Shown: positions 50,935 through 64,000 of the stretch, one piece after another
How the letters are laid out: every line of letters starts with the position of its first letter
Position numbering within the stretch: the stretch's first letter is position 1
Assembly: GCA_951406725.2 (NCBI GenBank)
Contig: OX597834.1
Span: 24,366,001-24,430,000 of the forward strand
Direction of reading: 5' to 3'
DNA from: Octopus vulgaris
Lineage: Eukaryota
Length of the DNA stretch: 64,000 bases
Made by a program: the position numbers and the translations under genes
The notes under the pieces: generated by a model
Database searches by the model: none
Told to the model about the DNA's origin: nothing
The model's input: only the letters and a program-made list of their open reading frames with translations

Positions 50935-50970
50935 CTTTTACGTTTCGAGCCTACGCTTTTCTACAGAAAG
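50935..50970 (-). ncRNA. minimal hammerhead variant (CUGUAGA core) in a TA-flanked element (50843-51032)
   Basis: cuuu-CUGUAGA-a-aagc guag gcuc-GAAA-c-GUA-aaag; same family as 33980-34190. Confidence 0.55.
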
Positions 50971-51334
50971 GGACACAGAAAAAACAAGGAGAGAAAAAAT
51001 GTGTATAGTGGATAACGATCTATCATGGCGTCTTGTGTGTGTGTGTGTGTGTGTGCGCGCGCGCGCGTGTGTGTGTGAGTGTGTATGTGTGTGTGTGTGT
51101 GTGTGTTGCAAACAACTTGGGGATGCAAGTGCTACCAGTTGAAAGCTCCGCATACAGGATCCTAGCAAGATTCTGGGATCATCATGAGAGAATATGCGCT
51201 GTTTCGGACCCTACCTCTCGACAGTATTATTGCACATCGTCTCTCCCCACTGAAATGAGGTCCCGCTCGCTAGATCAACTGGTTATCATGTTTCGCTCAA
51301 TATTCTTTTAGCCATTGCTCATCATCTCTTTTTA

Positions 51335-51368
<34 letters not shown>

Positions 51369-51602
51369 ATATATATATTAAGAAAATATATATAGGGTAG
51401 AGAAATTTTCTACCAGTGGCTAGCATGCATAAAATAGTTAATAGACAACATATTTTTCATATAAAATTAGTGTAGATTTATACACGAAAGAGATGACCAT
51501 AACAGGACACCTTACATGCTAAAAGGAACAGTCAAAGTCCAAACCACGCTTAAGAGTAATTTCGAAGGGGATGAAAAATAAAAACATTTTCAATAGTTAC
51601 CA

Positions 51603-51668
51603 CTTGTACCTAGGTTTCGAACATTAATGAACAAATAAGATTTGTTATCCGTGTTCTTCATCAGCAAG
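51603..51668 (-). ncRNA. hammerhead ribozyme with fully canonical core
   Basis: cuug-CUGAUGA-a-gaaca...uguuc-GAAA-ccuagg-UA-caag; stem I cuug/caag, stem II 5 bp plus aacaaau/auuuguu extension, palindromic ACCUAGGU, GUA triplet; lies in element ~51390-51670 related to 34510-34680. Confidence 0.75.
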
Positions 51669-51674
51669 GGCACT

Positions 51675-51902
51675 AAAAGTTAACGGGGAGATTCAGTGTG
51701 ACAAGGCTGGCCCTTTGAAATACAGGTACAGCAGAAACAAGAAGAAAGAGTGGGAGAAAGTTGTGGTGAAAGAGTACAAGAGGGTTCACCACTCCACTGC
51801 CGGAGCCTCGTGGAGCTTTAGGTGTTTTCGCTCAAACTCCCACAACGCCCGGTCTGGGAATCGAAACCGCGAGTCCTAATCACTGGACCATTACGCCTCC
51901 AC
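51675..51902 (-). mobile_element. SINE family C, partial
   Basis: Similar to 37400-37664. Confidence 0.8.
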
Positions 51903-51925
51903 TAATATAAATATATATATATATA

Positions 51926-51958
<33 letters not shown>

Positions 51959-52369
51959 GACACACACGAGCAAACGCCCCCCTCCGTCCATGGAGGTGCT
52001 GAGTTGTCAAACATTTAAACCAAATTTTCTCAAAACAACTTGTCCGACCGTCCCTTAGGCTTCCCTTTGAGAAACACTGAGTTAACCTAAATTTGAGATA
52101 CCGTGCATTTTTCTCGCGTACGCGTAGTATCAATTGCAACAGCTGATGTACTTGCGCGTACAAATGCACGTTCCCACGGCTTTATCGATCGCATTCTCAC
52201 CTGAAATTGATTTTTGTAATTTTTTCAAGACTTATACACGCCCTGATACCGTCGGTATCTATATATCAAATTTGAGCGCAATCGGATGGAGGATGCCCGA
52301 GATCCTAAAAGAAACACACACAGACAGACAGAACGGATTTTATATAATATATATATATATGTATTTGTC

Positions 52370-52797
52370 ATTTGTTTCACTTTTGTTCCCCTATCATCGC
52401 TTGACAACCGATGTTGGTATATTTGCGTCCCCGTAACTTAGCGGTTCGGTAACCCCCCCCCCCCCATAGAATAAGTACTTAGGCTTACAAAGAATAAGTT
52501 CTGGGGTCGATTTCTTCGATTAAAACCCTTTAAACCGGTGCTACAGTATGGCCAAATGACTGAAATACGTAAACGAATAAAAGAATATATATTTTCTTTT
52601 ATTCTTTTACTTTTTCAGTCATTTGATTGCAGCCATGCTGGAGCACCACCTGTAGTCGAACAAATTGACCCCAGGATTTATTCTTTGTAAGCCTGGTACT
52701 TATTTTTTCGTTTTTTTGCCGAACCGCTAGGTGACGGGGACGTAAACACACCAACGTCGGTTGTCGAGTGATGATTGGGGACAAACACAGGCCAGAT

Positions 52798-52850
<53 letters not shown>

Positions 52851-53013
52851 GACGGGCTTCTTTTAGATTCCGTCTACCACATTCACTCACAAGGCTTAGG
52901 TCGGCCCGAAGCTATAGTAGAAGACTCTTGCCCAAGGTGTCTTGCCGTGGGACTGAACCCAGATCCATGTAGTTGGGAAGTAAGCTTCTTACCATACAGC
53001 TACTCCTGCACCT
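52370..53013. mobile_element. tail-to-tail family A SINEs (52370-52585 +, 52595-53013 -)
   Basis: Similar to 27833-28222. Confidence 0.8.
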
Positions 53014-53805
53014 GTTGGACATATCTATCTATCTATTCAGACATACATAAAGATATATGCATATATATACACGCGTGTGTATGTGTGGGTGTGTTTATAT
53101 AGGCATATGTATACACACGCATGCATATAATATATATAACACACAGACACGCTACTCATACCATATATAAAGTGAGAAAGTGTTGGCTGAAATAATGTCG
53201 CCTTTGAAGTGATGTAAATATACATAAAACTACTACCTTTCACAACAGCAGTCTCTTGCCATCTTCTCTCACCCAAACCTCTGCACAGCCCCCTCGACGT
53301 TGTCAAACATACATCTCTCCCCTAAATAAAAGCAACAAAAAAACCCCAACAAAATTAATAAAAATAAATTGAGATCTAATTATAGTCCGCCAAGAATGTT
53401 TATTCGGTTGGCAATTATCGCCATTTTTGTCCCTTCTTTCACTTAGACGTATTTTTAATCTGATAAACAAGAACAGCAACAACAAATATCTCTTTTCACA
53501 CACACGCGCACACACACACACACACGAGGTTCTGGGTGACAAGAATTAACCGAGATCAAAATCATGAAGGAATACAAAAGGTTCTCTGTGAGTCGGGATT
53601 CTTCAGAATGTCTCATCTATGACGTGTTACAGCAGATTTTTAAAAATCTTGAACGAACATACATACATAAGTAGACACACACATATATACATGCATACAT
53701 ACACATACGTACACACATTTATACACGCACACATACATAAATACACACACATACATACACACATATACATAAATACACACACATACATACACACATACAT
53801 ACAAT

Positions 53806-53838
<33 letters not shown>

Positions 53839-54804
53839 CACATACATATAGATTTATATTTAGCACATGTTAGATTTGTTGATTTTAGGTTTTGCGGTGT
53901 TTGTTAGATTTCTTTTTTTTGCTTTTGTTATTACTTTCTACATCAAATGCTACACATAGGAACAAGGATCCAGTGAAGAAGAAGAAGAAAGGCACGTGAG
54001 AACAGGATTTAGTAACTTTTATTTATTTGTTGGATTTTTTTCTCTTTTGCATATTTTCTGTATTTTTAGATTCTTCGTTGACAGATAAAGATGTTCTGAA
54101 GTTAAAAAAAAGGAAAAAATTTGAAAAGCGAGGAAAAAAAATGCCAACAAAAAACTCCACCAGAAAAGAAAAAAGCAACCCCAAAATAACTAACAAAAAC
54201 TCACTATAAAACCACTTCATCCCCCATAGCTGATCGCAGAAGTCCTCTACAGTTTCATTCTCAAGAAAGATGTTTAGATGATATTCTAGAGAGACAGATG
54301 TTACCGCGCCGGACAAAAAGCTTAGCGTCATTCCATCCGTCTTTACATTCTAAGTTCAAATTCTGCCTAGGTTGACTTTGCCTCACATCCTTTCAGGGTC
54401 GATAAAATAAATACCAGCTGAGCACTGGAGTCGATGTAATCGATTTTCCTCCGCTTTTGAAATTGCTGGCCTTGTGCCAAAACTTGAAACCATTGTAAAG
54501 AGAGATGGAGAGAACAAATTGCATGATGACTGAACTATGATCGCCTCGGTTTCAATTCTCAGAAAAAGTACTGTTTTTCCCTCCCCCCCAAAGAATCCCG
54601 CTAATTCTTTTATTCGTTTCCTGGTTTCATTCATTGAACTGTGTTTCCGCTGTGCAACATATTCTAGAATGATAAAAGATAAAGTCATTCCGGGTGGATT
54701 TGAACTCAGAGTGTAAAGAAATAACGAAATAAATACCACAGTGAACTTCGTTCGCGGATCTATCGATTCTGCGAATCCACAGGTCCTTTCCACTTATATA
54801 CTAA

Positions 54805-55173
54805 CTAGCAGTATCGCCCGGTGTTGCTCGGGTTTGTAAGGGAAATAACTATAAAGCATTTTTAGATAGTTATAGCCAAAATAGGAAAAAAATGGTAAAT
54901 TTTTTTTTGAGAGTTAAAAATGTGGAGTTGCGTCCCCTAGACAGTCTGTGGTTTGTGTTTCTGATTCTCGACCCCATGTCGAATTTATCGATTTTTTTCA
55001 GAACTGGGGGAACTTTTCAAAATTTTCGCTGCGTTAGTTTTGAATTATGACATTGGGCTATGTGTGTGTCAAGTTTCATCAGAATCGGTTGAAAGCCGTG
55101 GTCAGAGTGAGGGTACAACCAAACAGACACACAGAAACACACACAGACAAACTGCCGTTTATATAGAGAGAGA
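54805..55173 (-). mobile_element. non-autonomous Helitron
   Basis: Minus strand reads A|TCTCTC...cccgagcaacaccggg hairpin...CTAG|T; canonical Helitron ends, no TSD. Confidence 0.8.
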
Positions 55174-57039
55174 TACATTGTGTAGTTGATTTCGTTCATG
55201 CAACAACTGGTATATCGAGTCTTCGAAGTCGATGCGAGACTTGTGAAGTAACGCTAAAAATTATGAAGTTCATCGCTTTAGAAAGAATATGAGCGGTGTT
55301 ATTTTATTTCCAAGCAGAAACAGAACCCTGATATATGAATTAGTTCTGAAATACTATTTACTGCTACGTCACAAGGTTACCTGTAATTATATATTGAATT
55401 GTGACAATACAATATATCATTTTGGTATGTGGTTTCAGTGATTTTTGATGTTGAAACAGATTTTGCTGCATCTTGCGAGGGTCATTATACCAACAATAAA
55501 CACACACTGGTTGTATTTCAATTCAGTATTCGTTATGTGGTTATTTAACCAATGGATTAATCGATTGTTTGCTTAATCATTCGATTGATCAATCATTCAG
55601 TTATGTTTGTCCAACTCCTTTTGCGACCTCACCAACGACATATTCTCTCTGCTCCAATAGTGACCTTCCCGAGGTACAATAATATTTCATGTGTTTTTCT
55701 TTTATAAAAAAAAACCCCAACTCATTTAAGGCTACTATAGTAGTTGCCATTTTGAAAGACAAAGGTGCTCAGTTACAAAGAATTGGATTTAATGAAACCA
55801 ATTTATAAATGGCAGCCTGAATTTAAATTATACCACCTTATTGCATGACTTTAAATTGCACGAAATTAGAGAAATCAGAACCCATCTTATTTCGATTTAA
55901 AAAAACCCAAAAAAAACGATCGGCCAAATAAGTTTGTAAAAGAATTTAAACTTGTGCATGCAGCTCATTAAATGTAAATAAAATGAATAAAATAAAACAC
56001 TGTGGAATTTAAATTAATTTATTGAATAAATTAGATAAAAACATTTATTAAAATTTTATCCCGTGGACAAAGGTAGATATGTGAACAAAATTTGACACAA
56101 CTGTCCATACTAATATAAGGAGTTCGAAATTTAGTAGAGTGTTATTGATTTTTTTTAAGGGGAGGGGTATAGTCTACAGGGTGAACCACGCAGTTGACAT
56201 TTTATTTATATTACGTTATCATTATCATTCATTTGGTTCATCAGGTACGGGTGTATTCATCGTTATTTTATTCAATTTTAGAATAATTGAAGCAGGTCTT
56301 TGACAATTCCGGAGCGTATTGAACTTATTTTGTGCGCGACTTTTGGCCCAACCGACCATAATACCTGACTGCTATTTTATATTATTGCTTCCAGAAAGCT
56401 AAATGACAAAGCTAACCTCGGCAGGATATGAACTCAATCCGTAACATGAGATATCTCAATACTGCGACACATTCTTGATTCTCAACTAATTCCACCACTG
56501 CTTTTGTCTGCCGTTCTACAAATCCAGCGCATCACTCCACGCTGCTATCATTGATTTCTAACTTTTGTACGGTGTCATAATACTGTTTATTATTGGTTAT
56601 AATCGATTTAATAAATTCTAGTATTTGATTTATACTTCGTTATTTCTTCAGTTATAAAAAGAGGGAAGATAAAGTTTATTTCCGACTAAAATTCCTATAC
56701 AGTATTGAAAAAAAGGTTTATAGCTAAAAACTAAAAGCGTTTCGTCTGGTGGATCTCCATTATCGATAACCACGGATCAATATTAAAATATTGATTTCTT
56801 ACATCGACCTCAAGGCCACACATATTTTGTGAGGTGGGGGGTAAGAATCGATTATATCGTTATCAGTAATCGATTAATGCCTCATTTTATCGAACCCTTC
56901 TCTTCTCCATCCTGAAATGAGGAAAAGAAAAATTTTACTTCGGTAGATTTGAACCCAAACCGTAAAAAACTGAAATTTAATACTAGCTGGCATTTCACTT
57001 TGAAACTAAAAGTTATACCAATCTAACAAATAGTAATAT

Positions 57040-57255
57040 ATTGGTTTCAAATTTTGGCCTATGGTTAGCAATTTTCGGGGAAGGGGGAAAGTCGGTTACA
57101 TCGACTCCAGGATTCAGCTGGTACTTATGTTATCGACCCCGAAAGGATGAAAGACAAAGTCGATCTCGGTGGAATTCAAACTCAGAACGCAAGGACGGGC
57201 GAAATGCCGCTAAGCATTTTGCCTGGTGTGCTAACGATTCTGCCAGCTCGCGCCC
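57040..57255 (-). mobile_element. SINE family B
   Basis: Head and core motif as in other copies. Confidence 0.75.
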
Positions 57256-58579
57256 TAATGACTAGTAATATATTAAAATATTGAGAATGCGAAGTAAACT
57301 CTCTCACGTATAAGGACATTCCCCCACTAAAGTTAAGTTAAAAGTCTGAAAAATTATTTATGATAAATAACATTTATCTAAATCTGAATATTTTTGTTTA
57401 CTATTAGACATTATTGTAATAAGATTAAAGAAATTAGTTTATCTTACTGTGAAGTCGACTTTGCACACTATCCTTTGTGTATGTGGTCAATAAAATGAAG
57501 TATCAGTCGGATACAGAGGGTATTCTTTGCTCGCAAATATAGAGTCTTATGTCGTGCATTAAACAAAATGCTTAGTGACATTTTGTTCGTCTTTAAGTAT
57601 CAGTTACTCATAGGGGTCGATGTAATCGACTTTCTCCTCTCCCCGAAATCACTGACCTTGTGCCAAAATTAGAAACCATTATTATTATTATCATTATTAT
57701 CATTATTAAGGGTTATAAAACCGAGAAGTGTTTATTGCAGAGAGGTGGGAAAAGCAAATAAGGACTAAAATATCGGTTGGTCATAACAGGAAGTTTATAG
57801 TTGGATGTCTTTGGTAATACCAATTCCAGATAGAAACTTTATCAGTATAGAATATTCCAGTATAAACACTATAATGTTAGGGGTGCCAGAAAAAAAATGG
57901 AAACAGACAAAATAATTAGAATATACAACAAGATTTGGCAACACTGCTATAAATTCCTTTGAAGAAATACATCAGAAAGTAATTGTCAGCGGATATTAAT
58001 ACCAGAGCGTCGAACTGTACCGATGTTTCTGTTATTCTTCATAAAACAAGAAAAATTAAAATAATTCTTAATTACAAATTTTGGTAATTTGTACGTTCTC
58101 TCCTAGTCTTTTTGCTTTCCAAAACAATAATTCCATATAACAAGTAGGGAATTAAAGGTACAGGTGTGTGTGTGTATGTGTGTGGGGAGAGAGAGAGAGA
58201 GACCATGTATATGCGCGTGTGTTTAAGAAGATAAATCAGTTTGGAGACCGAAAACTGAAGTATATTTTCCCATTTATATTTGTCGATAACCAAACAGTCC
58301 AACATGGATTTCTTGCATAAAACACAAGAACACAGAATTTGGTGAAGGGTTTAGTGGCTTTTACAGATCTCCTACTTCTTGCCTGGTACTTTGTTTAAAT
58401 ATATTGCCAGAGATTTTAGCGAAGGGTTCAGTAATTTATACAGACCCCATCCAATCAATTACTTTTCTGGTTCTTAGTTTGTCAGTCAAGAAAATATGGT
58501 TGCAGTTGCAGTTTTCTCTATTCCACCGCACCATTTATTCCTCCTCTTGTTGTTGGTATTATAAAATACATGTAATTCT

Positions 58580-59086
58580 TCAATTGAAATCCAAATGGTG
58601 CTGGACATAAAAAATAAATGAAAGCAACATGAGCAAGATGAGAAAACAGACTAGAAATGGAACAAAATGATTCTTTCTCTTTCTGGTAGCAGACCGAAGA
58701 TCACTGTCCGAGAAATTGATATAAGTTGGGAAATGATCAACAAGAATGGAATTCACACCAACACCGACTGTTACTGGCGAAACAGTATCAATTTCGGTTA
58801 CGGATAAAATCTCAGAGGAGGAATTATCTGGCAGAATTGATAATAGTTTTACCTTTCCAGCTAGACCAAGTGTAATCAATTGGTTGTCGTAAGTCTTCCG
58901 AATGAATGAAACCTTATCAGCAGAAGTGTCAATGAAACAAGGTTCTGTTCGCTCAAATGTTTGTTTCGGTCGTAGAAAGTCCCGGAATTTTGTTGTTTGC
59001 TTCGGTTGTAGAAAGCTACGGCATTTTGATGTTTGTATCGCTGTTGTGAATATCAGAACAGAAAACAGGTTCAGAAATGTTATCAT
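58580..59086 (-). CDS. putative orphan single-pass membrane protein, 168 aa
   Basis: ATG-initiated with an in-frame upstream stop; hydrophobic N-terminus, C-terminal hydrophobic stretch, non-repetitive; AATAAA about 40 nt after the stop; no homology recognised. Confidence 0.45.
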   Translation of the reverse strand: MITFLNLFSVLIFTTAIQTSKCRSFLQPKQTTKFRDFLRPKQTFERTEPCFIDTSADKVSFIRKTYDNQLITLGLAGKVKLLSILPDNSSSEILSVTEIDTVSPVTVGVGVNSILVDHFPTYINFSDSDLRSATRKRKNHFVPFLVCFLILLMLLSFIFYVQHHLDFN

Positions 59087-60451
59087 GTCGGAAGAGTGGC
59101 TAATTTTTTTGATATTTTCTTCCGGTTCTCGTTTCGCTCTTCAAGCAGTTATCCCTTCTTGAAAGAAAAATCAAAGTTTTCTTGCTTCCTGCGTGCGCAT
59201 ATAAGTATGCATCCGCCCACATACAATTACACAAATATAGAATATGATATAAATGGGATCTTTATTATGATAAAAAATGACCTTACATAGAGAGGGACAT
59301 TATAAGACAAAGAAGAACAAAAGATGTTACATGAGTTCGTATGAATATCGTTTTAAAAATTTACTAAAAAATATTTTATACATCGATTAATTTCCTTTAA
59401 AGTAGAACTTTTTTTTAATTAAAAAGAAACAAAGAAAGGAAACGAATAAAAGTTTAAAAGATCGAACCCGGCAGCCTATAAGGCCCAGCAACTATCTTTT
59501 CCTTTCATCAATGATTAAGCTGGATTACTAACACCCTCCTTTCTCATCACATCCTTCCATCGTTTCTCATATTCTTTCGGTGGCAGGGTCCTCCTCTCCA
59601 ACCCCATCTTGCTCTTCAGATGCTATCTGAAGTAAGACAGCAAACCGGGGCTAGAGATAAAGGACCCTTTAACAGAACCTTCCATTCTCGTCCTCCAAAC
59701 ACACTCTTTCAGCACTGCAACCGTACAGTAAAAACATGCCTTACCTTCCTTTGTGAGTCCAGTTGGCGGTATCATCTTTATTATAGATTCAGCTAGAATA
59801 TGATATAAATACAATACGCTCACCGATAAATAGATAATTACATCAAAAAATAAATAGATGAAACTAGGCAATATGACATTTGTTCATCTGAGCAGGAGTG
59901 CACAATGTGTCCGTAGACAGTCTATAACCTAAGTAAACGAAAAGGATATATATTTATCTTTCACTTGTTTTAGTCATTCGACTGCAGCCATGCTGGGGCA
60001 CTGTTTTGATGTATTTAGTCGAACAAATTGACGCCAGTACATACTTTATAAGTCTGGTATTTGTATCTAGTTTGCAAGATTCTTGATGTGAATTCGTGTG
60101 TTGAAAGAAATACTATTGAACCTTGGGAGGGGCATTATGCACTGGTTCGGTCCTTTATTGTTATTGTTAGTGAATAGGTTAGTTTCTCTGTTAACCAATT
60201 TATCGATCAGCCGTTTTTTACTCGTTTTTCAAACTGGTCAAACAGTTAATCGTTCAAATGTTCAGTATTGTTCGTGTTGTCATTTCTGTTTTTGTCAAAT
60301 AATTGCCTCATCGCATTGTTGCAATCTCTTCAGTGACGCGTCTCTCCACTTCCATTTCTCTTGAATTTATGTTCCAGCGTTGGGATTCGTCCGAGATCTG
60401 TCTGAGATGAGTATGTGAGTATGTGTATGCCTGCATAAGCGGGTGCATCCT

Positions 60452-60485
<34 letters not shown>

Positions 60486-61158
60486 TGTTTAAATACTATG
60501 TCATTTTTCATATACATAAGATAGCGGTTTTGGTTTTCTCTTTTTCTTCTCAAACTTGGCAGAATGATTTGTGACCCTTGCTCTACGTAGTAGTCTTCAA
60601 GTTTCTTCTTAATCTTGGGGGATTTGGATGACACAGCACCAATATACCCTTGTTCAGATAACCTGTCCATGTCGCCCTTCCGCAGTGAGCTTAAAAAAGA
60701 TGGTGCTGTTTGGGTCATTGGATATGACATTATCCATATAGGCGATCAACCACATCAAACCTTTTTCCTGTTGGTCCGGCTATGTTTCTTAGTGGTAAGG
60801 AGCCCTGGTCATGTATAAGTGGGTAGGTGTAGCTGTGTGTGTGTAGGTGTGTTTCCATGTGTGCGTATGACAGAGAGGGAATGTGTGTGTGTAGGGTGTG
60901 TGTGTGTGTTTCTCTCTCTCTTTGCCTTTCTTTATATATTCGTGTGTGTGTGTGTGTGAAGCTTCTGTGTGCGTGTGCGCGTGTGAGTGTGTGTGTGAGA
61001 AGAAGTGAGAGGGGCAGGTGGAGTGTGTGTGGGTGTGTTGGTGTAGCCAAGCATGTAGGTTTTTGTGTACGCACACATGAGCATGTGTGCAGACGGATGC
61101 GTGTGTGTTTTACGTGTGTACGAGTGTACGTGGAAGTGTATATATATGCGTATGAGTG

Positions 61159-61205
<47 letters not shown>

Positions 61206-62083
61206 TGCATACATATATGTGTGCGTATGTGTGTGTGTACTTATGAATGAGAGTATTGCAAGGGCATGTGTGTGTGTGTGGATGTGCGTACGTGCGTGTG
61301 TGTGTGTGGATGTGCATACGTGCGTGCGTGTGTGTGCGGGATGTGTGTATGTGCGTGCGTGTGTGTGCGGGATGTGTGTATGTGCGTGCGTGTGTGTGCG
61401 CGGGTGTGTGATGGGGTGTGAGGGGCGACACGACAAGTGTGTGAGTGCGTTGGTGCTGTTATTTGACGACCTAATAGCTTGACACTCGGTGCAAGGAGAG
61501 AGTTTGACCTTTCGAACATAGTTCTTCCTCGGAAAGGAGAAAAGGAAAAGTCCAAAGACAGAGAAGAAATCACCACACATGTAGTTACATTACTGAAGTG
61601 ACCGGAAATAGAAAGAGATAGAGAAAGTGGGTTTGGAGGGACAGGAGAGTGTGAAAATAGTATGTTTGCCTGTGTGTGGTAGTCTCTGTGTGTAATTGGT
61701 TAGTATGTGTGCATGTGTAGGTGGTAGCAACTCTGTGTGTATGTGTTTGTGTGAGTCATCTGCGTGTGTGTGTGTGTGTGTGGTAAGATCTGTATGCATG
61801 TGTGTTAGTGTTTGTTTGTGTCGCTTCACAAGCGAGTCGATAGCAGATCATGGCGACGGGATTTTAGTGAGCCCGTTGTCTGCTAGAAGATGGTAGGAGT
61901 TTGCTCCTCTGTTTGCAATATATACCGGGTGCAGATTGCACCGATAACCAGCTGGTGAAGGCTCTGCCTGGGGTTAAACGGTAGTAACGTCGAACAGCCA
62001 ATAGATGTTGCCATAAACATTATTTCTCAGAATAGTTACTATTTTCATCTCTTATTGAGATTTTCTTACTAGCTACTTTGCTT

Positions 62084-62085
<2 letters not shown>

Positions 62086-62159
<74 letters not shown>

Positions 62160-62441
62160 TGTATGTATGTATGTATGTATGTATGTACGTACATACATAT
62201 ACATATATATTTACTCTTGACTCTTTTACTCTTTTACTTGTTTCAGTCATTTGACTGCGGCCATGCTGGAGCACCACCTTTACTCGAGCAACTCGACCCC
62301 GGGACTTATTCTTTGTAAGCCCAGTACTTATTCTATCGGTCTCTTTTGCCGAACCGCTAGGTGACGCATATATATATATATATATACATACATACATACA
62401 TACATATATATATATATATGTATATATACATACATACATAC

Positions 62442-62472
<31 letters not shown>

Positions 62473-62507
62473 CATACATACATATATATATATATATGTA
62501 TATATAC

Positions 62508-62552
<45 letters not shown>

Positions 62553-62604
62553 CATATATATATGTATATATACATACATATATATATATATATATTATAT
62601 ATAC

Positions 62605-62647
<43 letters not shown>

Positions 62648-62798
62648 CATACATATATATATATGTATATATACATACATACATATATATATATGTATAT
62701 ATACATACATACATACATATATATATATATACATACATACATACATATATGTATGTATATATACATACATACATACATACATACATACATACATAGAC

Positions 62799-62845
<47 letters not shown>

Positions 62846-62919
62846 TATATATACATACATACATATATGTATATATGTATATATATATATACATACATAT
62901 ACATATATATATATGTATG

Positions 62920-62952
<33 letters not shown>

Positions 62953-63129
62953 ATATATGTATATATATACACATACATATACATACATATATATATGTAT
63001 GTATATATATACATACACACACATATATATATATATGTATGTATATATACATATATGTATGTATATATATATATGTATGTATATATACATATATGTATGT
63101 ATATATACATATATGTGTATATATATATG

Positions 63130-63195
<66 letters not shown>

Positions 63196-63274
63196 CACAC
63201 ACACAATATTAAATCGCTGTGTGAGAAGTAACAAACGGTCGCTGATGTGTGTGTGTATGTCTGTATGGAGGCGT

Positions 63275-63315
<41 letters not shown>
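62086..63315. repeat. compound (TA)/(TACA) microsatellite surrounding a family A SINE 3' part (62210-62367, -)
   Basis: Directly visible. Confidence 0.9.
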
Positions 63316-63318
<3 letters not shown>

Positions 63319-63829
63319 TCATCAATAGATCGATAGAAGGAGAGACTTCTTGATTGGATAGTCGTCCAACCTTCCCGACTCTATTTTCTTATCTTCTGAA
63401 ATCCCTGACCACATCCCTTCTTCTTAACACCCTGTCTTTGTTTCTCTCTGTCTCTCTGTCTCTCTCTCTCACTCTCTCCCCTTACACCTACCTCGCTCTC
63501 CTTATCTAACCATTCTTAGTCTATTGGATTGGTAATTCCTTTGGTGTGCGATTGGAATATTGTCAAATTGGTCAACGTTTGTGCGTTTGTGTGTATGTGT
63601 GTGTATGCGTGTGGGGTGTGTGCGTGGCGTGTGTGTGTGTGAGTGTCTGTAAGAGAGAGTAGGTGTTAGGAGGGAAGAAGCAGTGAGAGATGATGGGAGG
63701 AAGGAAGGGGAAGGGAACGCGGAAGGAAGAAAGGGCGGAATTAAGGGACAAATGGGAGCAGCACTGGAGTGTGAACGTGAAGCGTTCCGTTCATTGATTC
63801 TGTTCTTTGACAATGAAAGAAATCGAGGG

Positions 63830-63830
63830 C

Positions 63831-63888
<58 letters not shown>

Positions 63889-63918
63889 ACGGAGTGAGAG
63901 ACAGAGGGAGAGAGAGAT
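63830..63918. repeat. (GA)n microsatellite
   Basis: Directly visible. Confidence 0.95.
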
Positions 63919-64000
63919 GTAGGGTTGGGGTGGAATGCAGCAAAGAATAATTAATGTTCCGTCACTAATGAATCTAGTTGAACGAAAGAACGAATTTGAC

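Noticed and set aside
29350-63328. Numerous [12 protein letters not shown] ORFs, including the 404-aa ORF at 62020-63234
   Set aside because: Translations of (TA), (TATG) and (CA) microsatellites

Overview
AT-rich, microsatellite-dense animal genomic DNA. The SINE families and RTE LINE suggest a coleoid cephalopod such as Octopus (inference). Bases 1-18171 (+) hold the last ten coding exons of SHPRH (SNF2-family ATPase/RING E3 ligase). These splice at GT-AG junctions into one open frame of 1611 nt including the stop. Its introns carry mariner remnants, SINEs and a ~7.1-kb composite insertion: an RTE 3' tail, a G-rich VNTR and ~11.8 near-identical ~510-bp tandem units. The rest of the window is mostly transposon remnants: RTE, CRE-like, R4/Dong-like, Tx1/L1-like and CR1-like LINE fragments, Helitron-type elements and three tRNA-derived SINE families. 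Several short elements in (TA)n tracts carry minimal hammerhead-ribozyme motifs with palindromic stem III, or fold back as long hairpins; both are hallmarks of Penelope-like retroelement termini. A single-exon orphan ORF (58580-59086, -) encodes a candidate signal-peptide plus C-terminal transmembrane protein. All coordinates and alignments were read by eye; repeat boundaries are approximate.
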